A stretch of 38,988 bases of DNA from Octopus sinensis. Lineage: Eukaryota. A program made the position numbers and the translations under genes. Every line of letters begins with the position of its first letter. The first letter of the stretch is position 1. The notes beneath the pieces were generated by a model. That model worked only from the letters and a program-made list of their open reading frames with translations, ran no database searches and was not told the origin of the DNA. The stretch covers positions 1 through 38,988 of the forward strand of contig NW_021835731.1 of NCBI RefSeq assembly GCF_006345805.1, written 5' to 3'. Below, piece by piece: positions 11,745 to 23,722 of this stretch.

Positions 11745-12240
11745 CACACACGCAGAGAAAACACACACACACACACACGCAGAAAAAAACGCACATACAC
11801 ACACACACAGAAAAACACACACATACACACACACGCAGAAAAACACACACACACGCAGAAAAACACACACACACACGCAGAAAAACACACACACACACAC
11901 ACACACGCAGAAAAACACACACGCACACACGCAGAAGAAAAACACACACACACACGCAGAAAAACACAGACACACACACACGCAGAAAAAACACACACAC
12001 GCACGCACACAAACACACGCATACACTCACACACGCGTACACTCACACACGCATACACTCACACACGCATGCATTCACACACTCGCACGCGCACACACAC
12101 ACACACATACACGCAAACGCACACACTCACATACACACAGACTCGCACAAATACATACACACTTACGCACGCATATACAGAACTGCACGCACACACACTC
12201 GCTCACATACACACAGACACACACTCACATGCTTCTATGT
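11745..12240. repeat. (CA)n-GCAGAAAA minisatellite and CA-rich tract
   Basis: About ten repeats of (AC)nGCAGAAAA followed by degenerate CA repeats. Confidence 0.9.
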
Positions 12241-12409
12241 ATGCATGTAAAAAATAATAAAAATGGTTCAGAGTGAAATAGATTTACGAGATTAAAATAT
12301 CCGAGAAGAAAACATAAGAGAACACAAACTCCTTCAACCCCTCATCAGTTGTCGGCCAGATATCAGCACAATTTCGACATCTGTATATACATGCTACACA
12401 CACACACAC

Positions 12410-12585
12410 CTCCTTTTCCTCTCCTTTTTTTCTCTCCTTTTCTCTCTCCTTGTTTTTTTTTGTGTCCCTTTCTGTAGAAGAGCGTAGGCTCGAGACGTAA
12501 AAGACTTTTTCTATTCCTGAGCGTTAAACTAATACATCTGTTTGTTTTCTACACCACCTGTCTTCGTCTTTTTTTTTCGTAACTC
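12410..12585 (+). mobile_element. Penelope-like terminal repeat remnant with decayed minimal hammerhead motif
   Basis: CTTTCTGTAGAAGAGCGTAGGCTCGAGACGTAAAAG (12468-12503) is one or two substitutions from a minimal type I hammerhead (YUGAAGAG-cgtagg-CTC-GAAAC-GTA) of the kind described for Penelope-like elements. Confidence 0.45.
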
Positions 12586-12589
12586 TCCC

Positions 12590-12770
12590 TATATATACTA
12601 CATACATACCTACATACGTACATACATACATCATACATACTACATACATACATATACATAAATAATACATTACATATACCTACATAACATACATACATAC
12701 ATACATACATACATACAATACATACATACATACATACATACATACATACATACATACATACATACATACG
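12590..12770. repeat. (TACA)n microsatellite
   Basis: Direct reading. Confidence 0.95.
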
Positions 12771-12778
12771 TAGTGCGA

Positions 12779-12996
12779 ACGAGTGAGTGCTAAAAACTTC
12801 CTGACTTTGAGCAAAAGAAAATACAGAAGGATCAGTTAATTATAATTTTATTCAACATATTCCCCCCAGATTCACACACTTATTTGCAGCGGTCCTTCAG
12901 TTTTTCTAAGTTCTCTAAAAGAACTCGGAAGGCTGGGCCTCCAGCCTGGCCTTTCGCGATACTCTTAAAGCCAGGAACCTTTCAGCACACCCTTGT
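12779..12996 (-). mobile_element. mariner-derived MITE (irritans-like TIRs)
   Basis: Imperfect TIRs GAGTGCTAAAAACTTCCTGACTTT / AAAGCCAGGAACCTTTCAGCAC. Minus strand retains transposase C-terminus LEKLKDRC/KCVNL/GEYVE* with frameshifts. Confidence 0.75.
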
Positions 12997-13088
12997 GCAT
13001 ACGTTCATACAAACTTACGTAAATGCATATGTGTGTTATGCATAAATAAATGTATATCTATCTAACTATCTGCCAACCTATCTGTCTG

Positions 13089-13140
<52 letters not shown>

Positions 13141-13149
13141 ATCATCTAT

Positions 13150-13335
13150 ATATCATGACCTTTCTGTGATACACGATCCCTATTGATCGTCTTTTCTTTC
13201 TTTTTTTACGATCCCTTTTGATCGAAAACCTACACCCATTTTTTTCTTTTTTTTCTTCCCAAAGAGAAAAGCTCTACTTTGTAACTTGTCCCCTCTGTGT
13301 TCAGCCTTGTGTGGCTAATAAAGAAACATATCTAT
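13150..13335 (+). mobile_element. Retroposon 3' end whose terminal ~43 bp match the SINE family 2 tail
   Basis: TTGTCCCCTCTGTGTTCAGCCTTGTGTGGCTAATAAAGAAA (13286-13326) vs SINE tail TTGTCCCCTCTATGTTTAGCCCCTTGTGGGCAATAAAGAAA. Upstream sequence is unrelated to the SINE. Confidence 0.55.
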
Positions 13336-13359
13336 CTATCTATCTATGCATCCATTCAT

Positions 13360-13391
<32 letters not shown>

Positions 13392-13803
13392 ACACACACA
13401 CATTTGTATAGTCAATGGCCGAACCCACACGTGTCGGTGTCCCTTTGCAGAAGGTGGCTGGCCTTATATCATTGATTCAATCATTGAACCCGTTTTATGA
13501 CCCCGATGTTTACTGTTAAACCACTAGATTGGGAGCCTATGGACGTCACTGTATCTCAGACGTTGCAAAATGCAATTTCATTCCTTTACGATGGATAGTT
13601 GGTTAACAGAACCGTGAAACTAACAGTCGCTATGTGTTACAGACACCCCCTCCCCACACACACACACATGAATATATGCACAGTCGGCTCAGGTATGTGT
13701 GTGAGTGTGCATGTGTGTGTTTTAATAATAACAGTGGCGAACAAATTTCAAATTTTTGTCTATTGAATTAGATTTGACATTTAGTCACAGGTAATTTTTG
13801 TTG

Positions 13804-14124
13804 CACTGAGCACGAATTTTGAACTCGGTTTTGCCCTATCAAGTTCTGATTTTGTCTGTGAACTGTGTCAGGCGCCTGTTTGTCGGCGTTTGGAAAAGTA
13901 TTAATACGAACGACTTACGTTTATGAATATTATTAAAAATAATATTCATGTACAAGTTTATTTTTACCTGTAAAATAGAATGTGCTTGAAGAAGGCAGGT
14001 TTTTCTACGTTTTGAAGCTAAAATTTCCGCAACTTTTTTTCTTTTTGGCAAGGTTAGATTCCTTACAAGATCATTCAAGTCGGCCTTCTATCTACTCCCA
14101 CTTCTCTCTTAAACTTTTGTGTAT
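13804..14124 (-). mobile_element. Chapaev3-like DNA transposon end fragment
   Basis: CACTG terminus at 13804. Minus strand reads KADLNDLVRNLTLPKRKKVAEILASKRRKTCLLQ, resembling the LNDLVRDL.L.K..AELLASRL motif I associate with Chapaev3 transposases (from memory). Truncated by the SINE at 14125. Confidence 0.55.
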
Positions 14125-14658
14125 TATTAGATCAACACCAGTACGTAACTGGTACTTAATTTATCGACTCCTAAAAGATTAAAGGCAAAGTTGACCTCGG
14201 TGGAATTTGAACTCGGAACATAAAGACTGACAAAATACCTATTTCTTTACTACCCACAAGGGGCTAAACACAGAGAGGACAAACAAGGACAGACAAAGGG
14301 ATTAAGTTGATTACATCGACCCCAGTGCCTAACTGGTACTTATTTAATCGACCCCAAAAGGATGAAAGGCAAAGTGGACCTCGGCGGAATTTGAACTCAG
14401 AACGTAGCGGCAGACGAGATACCCATTTCTTTACTACCCATAAAGGGCTACACACAGAGGGGACAAACAAGGACAGACAAACAGATTAAGTCGATTATAT
14501 CGATCGCTGTGCATAACTGGTACTTAAATAATCGACCCCGAAAGGATGAAAGGCAAAGTCGACATCGGCGGAATTTGAACTCACAACGTAACGGCAGACG
14601 AAATAGCGCTACGCATTTCGCCCGGCGTGCTTAACGATTCTGCTAGCTCGCCGCCTTA
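14125..14658 (-). mobile_element. SINE family 2 with 3 modules
   Basis: CTGGTACTT at 14149, 14333, 14517 (period 184). Head at 14560-14658. Confidence 0.85.
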
Positions 14659-14910
14659 TAATGACCATGATACTGTCAACAACTACAAGAACAAGTGTCA
14701 CAACAAGAACCCCAGCAAGAACTACCGCCACAACTACAATGACAACTGCAACATTAGCCACAACATCAAGATACTTCGAGATATATTTTTAATGAGGTTA
14801 CGGTGTCTAAATGATAGCGAAATTAAGTCAGTGTGTGTATTTGTGTGTGTGTGTGTGTGTTTGAGCATGTGTATCCATGAGAGATAGTGTGTGTGCTTGA
14901 GTGAGCGTGT

Positions 14911-14960
<50 letters not shown>

Positions 14961-15129
14961 GTGTATGAGTGAGAGCCGTGTTGCAATTGGTTTTCTTGTT
15001 TCTGTCAGTGAAACTCTCTCCAAGACAATTTAGCTGTCATTCAAACATGACAGCTTTTAATCGTTGAGAAATTAGATTCGCTGCCGTCCCAAAACGGTTT
15101 AATTGTTCTCTCGCCATCCCCCTTACCTT

Positions 15130-15755
15130 TCATCTTTCTATGTCTGTCTCGCTGTCTGTCTGTCTCTCTGTCCCCCCCTCTCTCTCACTCATCAACCCTA
15201 TCTTTCGCCACCTTCCATCCTCTCTCTCTCTCTTTTTCTCTCTCTCCCACTCATCATTTCTACCTTTCGCCACCTTTCTCTGTTAGTGTCTGTCTGTCCC
15301 TATCTCTCTCTTTCTCTCCCCTCTCTCTCTCTCAATCATCAACCCTACCTTTAGCCACTTTTCTCTCTCTCTCTTGTCTATCTCTCTGTCCCCCTCTCTC
15401 TCTAATCCTTCCATTATCTGTACCCCTCACCTTTCTTCCCCTTGTCTCTTACCATCACCCTCTCACTCCTTCCGCCCCTGCATTCTCTCTCTCTCTCTCT
15501 CTCACCTACTTTTCACACACCCTCACCCATTCTCCTTTACTCCTCTCTAAATAACTCCATCATCTCCCACTTCCCTCTTCCTCTCCCTCACAAACTTCCT
15601 CCTCCTTCCCCTCTCTTCTACCGCCTCTCTCCTCTCTCACAGTCTCTCCCCTTTCTCTCACCGCCTCTCCTCTCTTCAACCCCTCTCTATACTTCCTTCT
15701 ATCTACTCCCACTTCTCTCTTTCACACATTAACATCTCTCTATCTCTCCTCTCCT
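15130..15755. repeat. CT-rich polypyrimidine low-complexity tract
   Basis: Direct reading. Confidence 0.9.
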
Positions 15756-16152
15756 TCTTTTACTTATTTCAGGCATTTGACTGTGGCCATGCTGGAGCAC
15801 CGCCTTTAGTCGAGCAAATCGACCCCAAGACTTATTCTTTTTAAGCCTAGTACTTATTCTATCGGCCTCTTTTTGCCGAACTGGTAAGTTACGGGGACGT
15901 AAACACACCAGCATCTGTTGTCAAATGAAGCTGGGGGATGGGGGCAATCACAAATACACAAACATATACAAACACATATATACATATATACGACGGGCTT
16001 CTTTCAGTTTCCATCTACCAAATCCACTCACAAGGCTTTGGTTAGCCCGAGTCTACAGAGAAGACACTTGCCTAAGGTGCCACGCAGTGGGACTGAACCT
16101 GGAACCATGTGGCTGGTAAGCAAGCTACTTACCACACAGCCACTCCTGCGCC
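15756..16152 (-). mobile_element. SINE family 1, full length
   Basis: Reverse complement of family 1 from tail to head (CACTCCTGCGCC at 16141-16152). Confidence 0.85.
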
Positions 16153-16264
16153 ACTCCACTCCCCTTCACTCTCTCTGTCACCTTATTATCCTACATCTTT
16201 TTCTCTTCCTCTTTCTCCCCCCCCCTCTCATACTTTTTCTCGTCTTTTCTATTATATTTCATCT

Positions 16265-16435
16265 TCTACTTGTTTCACTCACTGGACTGCGGCCAAGCTG
16301 GGGCAACACCTTCACTGATTTAGTCGAACAAGTTGACCCAAGTACTCACGTTTTAAAACTGGTACTTATTGTATCGGTCTCTTCTGCCGAACCGCTAACT
16401 TATGGGATGTGAATAAACCAACACCGACTATTAGT
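16265..16435 (-). mobile_element. SINE family 1 tail fragment, degenerate
   Basis: Similar to the reverse complement of the family 1 3' half. Confidence 0.6.
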
Positions 16436-16712
16436 GTGTGTGTGTTTGTCTGACTGTCTGTCTGTCGAGAGACAGACAGACAGTCAGACACAAACACACA
16501 CACACACACGCATACTCACACCCAGACACACACACGCACTCACAAACACACACACACACTCACACCCGGACACACACACGCACTCACAAACACACACACA
16601 CACGTACGTATACACACGCACACACTCATTCACACACACACACCACACACACACACACGCAAAGGCATACACAAACACACTCATACACACGCACTCACAC
16701 ACAAACATACAT

Positions 16713-16747
<35 letters not shown>

Positions 16748-17089
16748 TTCTCCCACAATGCATTGGTCAGCTCGGTGGTAAAATAAAAATAAAAACTTTT
16801 GATGTCCGCTCGGTGAGACTGAACCTAAAACCTCAAGGTTGCAAAGCGACTTCCTTAACCACACCACCAATGCCTGTCCCTAGAAGACTGAAGAGAACAT
16901 TTAACCCTCCACCTTCTCCTCTCTCTACCACTCTTTCCCCCTCTCTCTCTCTTACATTTTCCTCTTCCTCATTCCTGTCTCTGATCTTTCCTCCCCTGCT
17001 TCCCCCCATCACCCTCTCCTCTTCCTACCACTCTTATCTCTACCATTCCCACCCACCCTCACTCTTTCCTTACTCTCATTATACCACCA

Positions 17090-17585
17090 CTTAGTCTTTC
17101 TTTTCTTCCTTCCTTCCTTCCTTCCTTCCTTCCTTCCTTTCTCTCTCTTTTCTTCCCGCCTTCTTTCCTTGTTTCTCTCTCTCTCCTCCCTTCTTTCTCT
17201 CTCGCTCTCTCCTTCCCTCCTTCCTCTCTCTCCTTCCTTCCCTCTCTCTTTCCTTCCCTCCTTCCTTTCTATCTCTTTCCTTGCTTGCTTGCTTCCTTAT
17301 TTCCTCTCTCATTCTCTTTCCTTCTTTCCTTCCTTTCTTCCCTCTTTCCTTCTTTCCTTCCTTCCTTCCCTCTTTCCTTTTTTCCTTCCTTCCTTCCTTC
17401 CTTCCTTCCTTCCTTTCTTCCTCCCCTCTTTCCTTCCTTTCTTTCTTCCTCTCTCTCTTCCCTTCCTCCCCTCTTTCCTTCCTTCCTTTCTTCCTCTCTC
17501 TCTTCCCTTTCTTCTTTCCTTCCTTCTTTCCTTCCTTCTTTCCTTCCTTCCTTCCTTCCTTCCTTCCTTCTCCCCCCTCTCCCAC
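17090..17585. repeat. (CTTC/CTTT)n polypyrimidine tract
   Basis: Direct reading; source of the K/E/G/R-rich pseudo-ORFs. Confidence 0.95.
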
Positions 17586-17895
17586 CATCGCATCTCGATC
17601 ATTCTCTCCTTACCCTTATTGCTGTTTGTTGTTGTTGTTGTTGTTGTTGCTGGCGTTGAAGATCGATTGCAAAATACTTGACTTAATTTCACTTAAACCA
17701 GATTTAAGGCACAACAACAAGCACAACCATAACAGCTATAACAACAACAACAACAACCCAAGTAGTCCCCCCCCACCACCACAACAGCAGCAGCCGCAAT
17801 TGGGTTTGGATCGGGATTAGCATCTCGTCCCAGCCACAGACTCTCGCACAGACATATACGAACGTGTATATAGTTACGTATAGAATATACGTACA

Positions 17896-18060
17896 TAGGT
17901 GCAGGAGTGGCTGTGTGGTAAGTAGCTTGGTTACGAACCTCATGGTTCCGGGTTCAGTTCCACTGCGTGGCACCTTGGGCAAGTGTCTTCTACTATAGCC
18001 TCGGGCCGACAAAAGCCTTGTGAATGGTTGTGGTGGACGGAAACTGAAAGAAGCCCGTCG

Positions 18061-18093
<33 letters not shown>

Positions 18094-18587
18094 GTATATA
18101 TGTATGTATGTATATGTCTGTGTTTGTCCTCCCGACATCACTTGACAACCGATGCTGGTGTATTTACGTCCTCGTAACTTAGCGGTTCGGCAAAAGAAAC
18201 CGATAGAATAAGTACTAGGCTTACAACGAATAAGTCCTAAAGGCAGTGCTGCAGCATGGCCAAATTCTGGGTTCAGTCCCAGTGCATGGCACCTTGGACA
18301 AGTGTCTTCTACTATAGCCTCGAGCTGACCAAAGCCTTGTGAGTGGATTTGGTAGGCGGAAACTGGAAGAAGCCTGTCGAATACACACACATACACGTAT
18401 ATGTGTGTCTGTATTTGTCCGCACCCACCATCGCTTGACAATCGATGTCGGTATGTTTACCTCCCCGAAAGTTAGCAGTTCGGCAAAAGAGACTGATAGA
18501 ATAAGTACTAGGCTTACAAAGAATAAGTCCTGGGATCACTTTGCTCGACTAAAGCAATGACTAAAACAAATAAAAGCGAATAAAAAG
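17896..18587 (+). mobile_element. Two tandem SINE family 1 copies
   Basis: First copy 17896-18262 with truncated tail, followed directly by a 5'-truncated copy 18263-18587. Confidence 0.8.
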
Positions 18588-18589
18588 AA

Positions 18590-19880
18590 AATTATATCCA
18601 AAGTTTTCCAACATTTAGAGGATAATACAGCAATCCGAAAGCTGATGTCTGTTAGGAAAGGAACTAAACGATACCATTTTAAACAATGTTGAGACTTAAT
18701 ATTCAAACACAAATGGAAAGAATATATGCTTGCGGAACTGGAATGGGGAAAAAAAAAAAAAATTCTGAGTGGCTGTGTGGTAAGTAGCTTGCTTACGTAC
18801 CACATGCTTCCGGGTTCAGTCTCACTGCGTGGCACCTTGGGCAAGTGTCTTCTACTATAGCCTCGGGTCGACCAAAGCCATGTGAGTGGATTTGGTAGAC
18901 GGAAATTGAAAGAAGCCCGTCGTATATATGTATATATATATTTATGTATGTGTGTATAAGTTTGTGTGTATGTGTTTGTCCCCCAGCATCGCTTGACAAC
19001 CGATGCTGGTGTGTTTACGTCCCCATAACTTAGCGGTTCGGAAAAAAAGAGACCGATAGAATAAGTACTAGGCTTACAAAGAATAAGTCCTAAAGGCGGT
19101 GCTCCAGCATGGCCACAGTCACATGACTGAAACAAGTAAAAGAGTAAAGAGTATAAAGACAACAACAGATACTAAATTACGATGGTACCAATTTAGAATT
19201 ATACACAATATTTTAACAACTATTTCTCTGTTGTTCAAGATTAAACTGGCCGAAAGCAATCCGTGCGCTTTTTGTCAACGGGAGGTGGAGGCGGTGTCAC
19301 ACATTTTCTGGTATTGTGAATGTGTACAGGCCTTCTCTCTACGCTTCTTAGATTTGCTGTATGAAAAGTGCACACACGCTCGCAACATGAAACTTGACCG
19401 ACAGCTCATTTTATTCGAACTGAGAAAAAAACACATATGCTGATAACATCTTTGATTTGCGAATATTATCGGGCAATTTTTCTTTTATATATAAAAGCAA
19501 AGTGGCAAAAAAACACTGTCAGCTTCAAACATTTTAGGTACTTTGTGCACGACAGGTATCTAATAAAAAAAACAACAAAAAAACAAACAAACAGATCTTA
19601 CAATGAAAACAAGTAAGATGAATGTCACAAAAAATGGGGTCTCTACCTTGAGTCTGTAAACACGTCGTAGTTCTCTAGTGTTATTTCCTGTAGAACTGTA
19701 TTAAAATTTTACAAGTGATTTGGTGCATAGTCTATTTTATTGTATTCTATTTTTATTTACTTTTTGTTCATGCTTTTCTGTCTCTTCTCTTTCTCTTTTT
19801 TTATGTATTTATTAAGATTTCTTATTTCTATTTTTGTTGCTTTCTCTTTCTTTCTCTTCAAAAAAAAAAAAAAAAAGAAA
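18590..19880 (+). mobile_element. L1/Tx1-clade LINE 3' fragment (ORF2 C-terminus, 3' UTR, poly-A)
   Basis: KHKWKEYMLAELEWGKK [SINE] IKTTTDTKLRWYQFRIIHNILTT...CAFCQREVEAVSHIFWYC (C-x2-C-x7-H-x4-C knuckle of L1-clade ORF2). T-rich UTR and A-tract at 19860-19876. Confidence 0.8.
18767..19152 (+). mobile_element. SINE family 1 nested in the L1/Tx1 fragment
   Basis: Nearly full family 1 copy interrupting the LINE reading frame. Confidence 0.85.
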
Positions 19881-20131
19881 CTCACGTTATCCAATTGTTT
19901 TATACGAGACTTCACGGTCCCCTGGCCGTGCCGTTTCAAATTATAACGGAAAACCGGAAATAAAAAGTTAATTATATAAAAAAATATATCCAACTTCATT
20001 TGTTAACACACACACACACACACACACACATATACTAGGGGGAAAAAAATGATCTAATGTAGGGGAAGTAACTCTACGTTCAACCGTGAGGAATTGTTTT
20101 AAGTACGTCATATATAACCACTTATAGCTTA

Positions 20132-20530
20132 CTAGCAGTATCGCCCGGCGTTGCTCGGGTTTGTTTCGACCCTTTAGAATTGGAATTTTTGAAAAGTAAA
20201 TATTTTGCATTATGTAGCTTGTTATTCTCTTTAAGTGAACATTTTTCTGGTTGAAATACACTGAAAAATGGCGACACAGCAGTGAAAAAATCGTAAAAAA
20301 TAGGGATTTTCATAGAAAAAAAAGCACCTTTTTGATGTAAATAATTTTTGGTGCTAACATGGTCCGATTTGAATTTTTTCTTCTACGGAATGAAGAGCAA
20401 GCCTTCATCTATCATAATCTCAATTTTGGTCAACTTGCATCACAGTGTCTCGGAGGAGATAGTGTTAGTTGAAGGCTACCAAACCTGCCACACACACACA
20501 GACAACTTCAGCTTTATATTTATAGAGAGA
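20132..20530 (-). mobile_element. Short non-autonomous Helitron (~399 bp)
   Basis: Minus strand A|TCTCTCTATAAATATAAAG...ACCCGAGCAACGCCGGGCGATACTG-CTAG|T: TC start, subterminal hairpin, CTAG end, AT target, no TSD. Confidence 0.8.
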
Positions 20531-20647
20531 TTTATTTTGGCGAATTTTGAGAACATTTTCCCCAATTTGTGTTCTACACATGAGAATATACAAGACTATG
20601 CAAAACCTGAATAGAAAAAAAAATTTGTGGGATTTAAGGGGTATTTA

Positions 20648-21936
20648 CGAGGGGCGTTCAATAAGTAATGCCCCTGACCCACTTCCCATAGCAGTAGAGT
20701 AACGAAACTTGGCACAGTTATTAGTCTTTTTCTACATAGGAACCACCCAGAGTTACGCATTTCTCCCATTGTTTGATGCAGCTCTGGAGACTGTTTTTGT
20801 AGAAGACCCCAGCTTGGTCCTCCAACCTGAACGCGACTTCAGAAATCAAGGCTGCATCATCTGGGAAACGCTTTCCTTTCAAAAACAACTTCATGGCTGG
20901 GAAGAGGTGAAAATCAGAGGGTGCAAGGTCAGGAAAGTAGGGGGGATGGGGGAGGAGTTCATAGCCATACGCCTGTGCTTCTGATCTGGCGACAAGCGAG
21001 TTGTGGACCGGAGCGTTGTCCTGCAGGAGGAGGATGCCTTTGCTGATCTTGCCCATCCTCTTGATTTTGATAACTTCTCTTAATTTCCTCAAAAGTGAAG
21101 CATAATAGGCTCCTGCAATTGTGGTACCCTTTGCCAGGAAATCTGTTATCACTACTCCGTCCTGGTCCCAGAAGACTGTGAGCATGACCTTGCCAGCGAA
21201 GGGCTGCACCCTTCCCTTTTTTGGAGGAGGTGAGTCACGGTGCTTCCACTGCATTGACTGGGCTTTGGTCTCTGGATCATCGTGATGGACCCAGGTTTCA
21301 TCCTATGTAATCAGTCTTTTGAAAAATTTTGACTCATCTTGGCACATCTCCAAATTCACCCTCGAGCACTCGACGCGTTCTTGCTTCTGGAAAGGCGTGA
21401 GCAACCTGGGAATCCATCTGGCAGACACCTTTTGCATATGCAAATGGTCATGAATGATAGTTTCCACAGACCCGGTACTAATCTTGACCTCATGGGCTAT
21501 TTGGCGAATAGTTATGCGTCGATCTTCCAAAATGGCAGCCTCAACTTGACGGACAGATGCCTCATCAATGGCAGAAGGGGGCAACCAGATCTGGGAGCTG
21601 TTTCCACAGAGTTCCGACCATGTTTGAATTCACGATGCCAGCGTTTTACAAGGTCATATGATGGGGCATCACCACCATAAGTTACTTTCATTTCATCAAA
21701 AGTCTCCCGTGGTGTGCGTCCTTTCAAATACAAAAACCGGATCACTGCTCGACACTCAACAGGCTCCATTTCACACTTGACTCGGTTCAAACACCTGTAA
21801 ATCAGAAATCACAATTAATTCAGAGCTGTAATTTGCTACTTACCCTATAGTGATATAAATAATTGCACATGCAAAATTTCAGCTAGATCAAACAGCTGCA
21901 AGTGGGTCAGAGGCATTACTTATTGAACGTCCCTCG
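20648..21936 (-). mobile_element. mariner transposon (irritans/Bytmar1-like), full length 1289 bp
   Basis: 37-bp TIRs CGAGGG(G/A)CGTTCAATAAGTAATGCC(C/T)CTGACCCACTT with 2 mismatches; TA duplications at 20646-20647 and 21937-21938. Confidence 0.95.
20721..21790 (-). pseudogene. mariner DD34D transposase, disrupted
   Basis: WIPRLLT, DETW, DNAPVH and YFPDLAPSDF motifs; D34D spacing counted. One frameshift near 21585 and one TAG at 21303-21305. Confidence 0.92.
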
Positions 21937-22075
21937 TAGGTATTATTTTTAGCACATCTCACGACCACCTAAAACCGTCCTTGTTTGTCACTGAAGTATT
22001 GAAGCTTTTCTAAATCTTTCTCCGCATAAACACATTTACTGGTCTATTGATGGAATTTAAGCCCAACAATCGGAC

Positions 22076-22245
22076 TAGGCGCAGGCGTGGCTGTGCGGTA
22101 AGAAGCTTGCTCCCGAACCACATGGTTCCGGGTTCAGTCTTACTGTATGACACCTTGGACAAGTGTCTTCTACTATAGCCTCGGGCCGACCAAAGACTTG
22201 TGAGTGGATTTGGTAGACCGAAACTGGAAGAAGTCCATCGTATAT
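22076..22245 (+). mobile_element. SINE family 1 5' half
   Basis: Head and CORE region only. Confidence 0.8.
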
Positions 22246-22638
22246 ATAAATTTAGAGGACTGACCACTCAAGATGGACAGCCTGTATGCTAGATATAGAC
22301 GTCAAATTCGCCATTTTCCACGAAGAATGTGTTCTCAAGAAAAAAACTCAGCAAAAAACCAAAGTGTAAAAATATGCAAAACAAATGAAAATATACGAAA
22401 TAAAAAACAATTACCTATGTACTAATTAGCTTCACTTGTTAATATTTACGTATATGGATACATAAACATCTGCAAGATCATCAGCATAGTCTGTGGTTTA
22501 CGAAACACAATTTCCAGAACTAGATACAGAACGCTCAACAATTTTTAATCTTCGGATTTTTTAAAATATGCTAGGCCACTGGTTTTAATTGATTAATATC
22601 AATTTCTACCCTTATTCAATTATACATATACATATATA

Positions 22639-22732
<94 letters not shown>

Positions 22733-22769
22733 GTATGTATGTATGTATATATATGTTTATGTATATATT

Positions 22770-22917
22770 TGTGTGTGACTGCTTGCGTTTGTACCCCACC
22801 ATCGCTTGACAACCGATGCAGGCTTACCAAGAATATCCTGGGGTCGATTTTTTCAACTAACTCCGTTTAAGGTGGTGCTCCAGCATGGCCGCAGTCAAAT
22901 GGCTGAAATGAGTAAAA
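22770..22917 (+). mobile_element. SINE family 1 tail fragment
   Basis: CCATCGCTTGACAACCGATGC...GGTGCTCCAGCATGGCCGCAGTCAAATG. Confidence 0.7.
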
Positions 22918-23377
22918 AAAAAAAAAGTTGTATGAATTATCGTGTGTAGAACACAAATTTACAAAAACGTCCTGACAATTCCATAAAAAAATATGGGGTG
23001 GTTATATGGCATGCTTAAGGTAGAATTACACCCAACTGTGAATGAAGCATATTCGAGGGCTTATAAAATTGTCTGAAAAAACTTACCACGGGTTCTACAT
23101 GTGGGGTTAGACTATTTATAAATTTTAGAGTATTAAAAAACTTTTTTTTCCTCCATGTGTATGCACTGCTGAAATTGTAGCAGGTCTAATATATTCGTGG
23201 AGGGCCGTAGGTTAGTGCTTAGTTCAGTGTTTTTCAGCCATTTTATCCTTGCGTGACTCTTAAAATAAATTACATGTCTGAAGGAACACCCGCATAAAAA
23301 AAAACTTACATACCATATTTTTCTCATATACATTTTCTTCATCGTAGTTCACGTGGTAAATATCACATCATATATAT

Positions 23378-23658
23378 AGTGGTTAGGGCAGCGGACTCGC
23401 TGTTGTAGGATCGCGGTTTCGATTCCCAAACCGGGCGTTGTGAGTGTTTATTGAGTGAAAACACCTAAAGCTCCACGAGGCTCCGGCAGGGGCTGGTAGC
23501 GATCTCCGCTGTACTCTTTCGCCACAACTTTCTCTCACTCTTTCTTCTGTTGGCTTTCTCGCGTAGCCAGCGGGATGGCGTCATTTGAAGGCTAAAACAT
23601 TGCGAAGCGCATTGTGACCAGCGATGTGTAGCAACATCTGATAGCCTGGACGGTCACG

Positions 23659-23664
<6 letters not shown>
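23378..23664 (+). mobile_element. SINE family 3, second copy
   Basis: Colinear with 8189-8468; slightly 5'-truncated. Confidence 0.8.

Positions 23665-23722
<58 letters not shown>

Noticed and set aside
11660-11745. Strong splice-acceptor-like site (polypyrimidine + CAG at 11707-11709)
   Set aside because: No convincing donor follows and the frame runs into a CA minisatellite.
13400-13650. Complex unique sequence as a host exon
   Set aside because: Each frame closes quickly after the candidate acceptor; no recognisable peptide.
22925-23360. Possible transposase remnant (KKYGVVIW resembling a piggyBac motif)
   Set aside because: Single short motif amid stops; not enough support.
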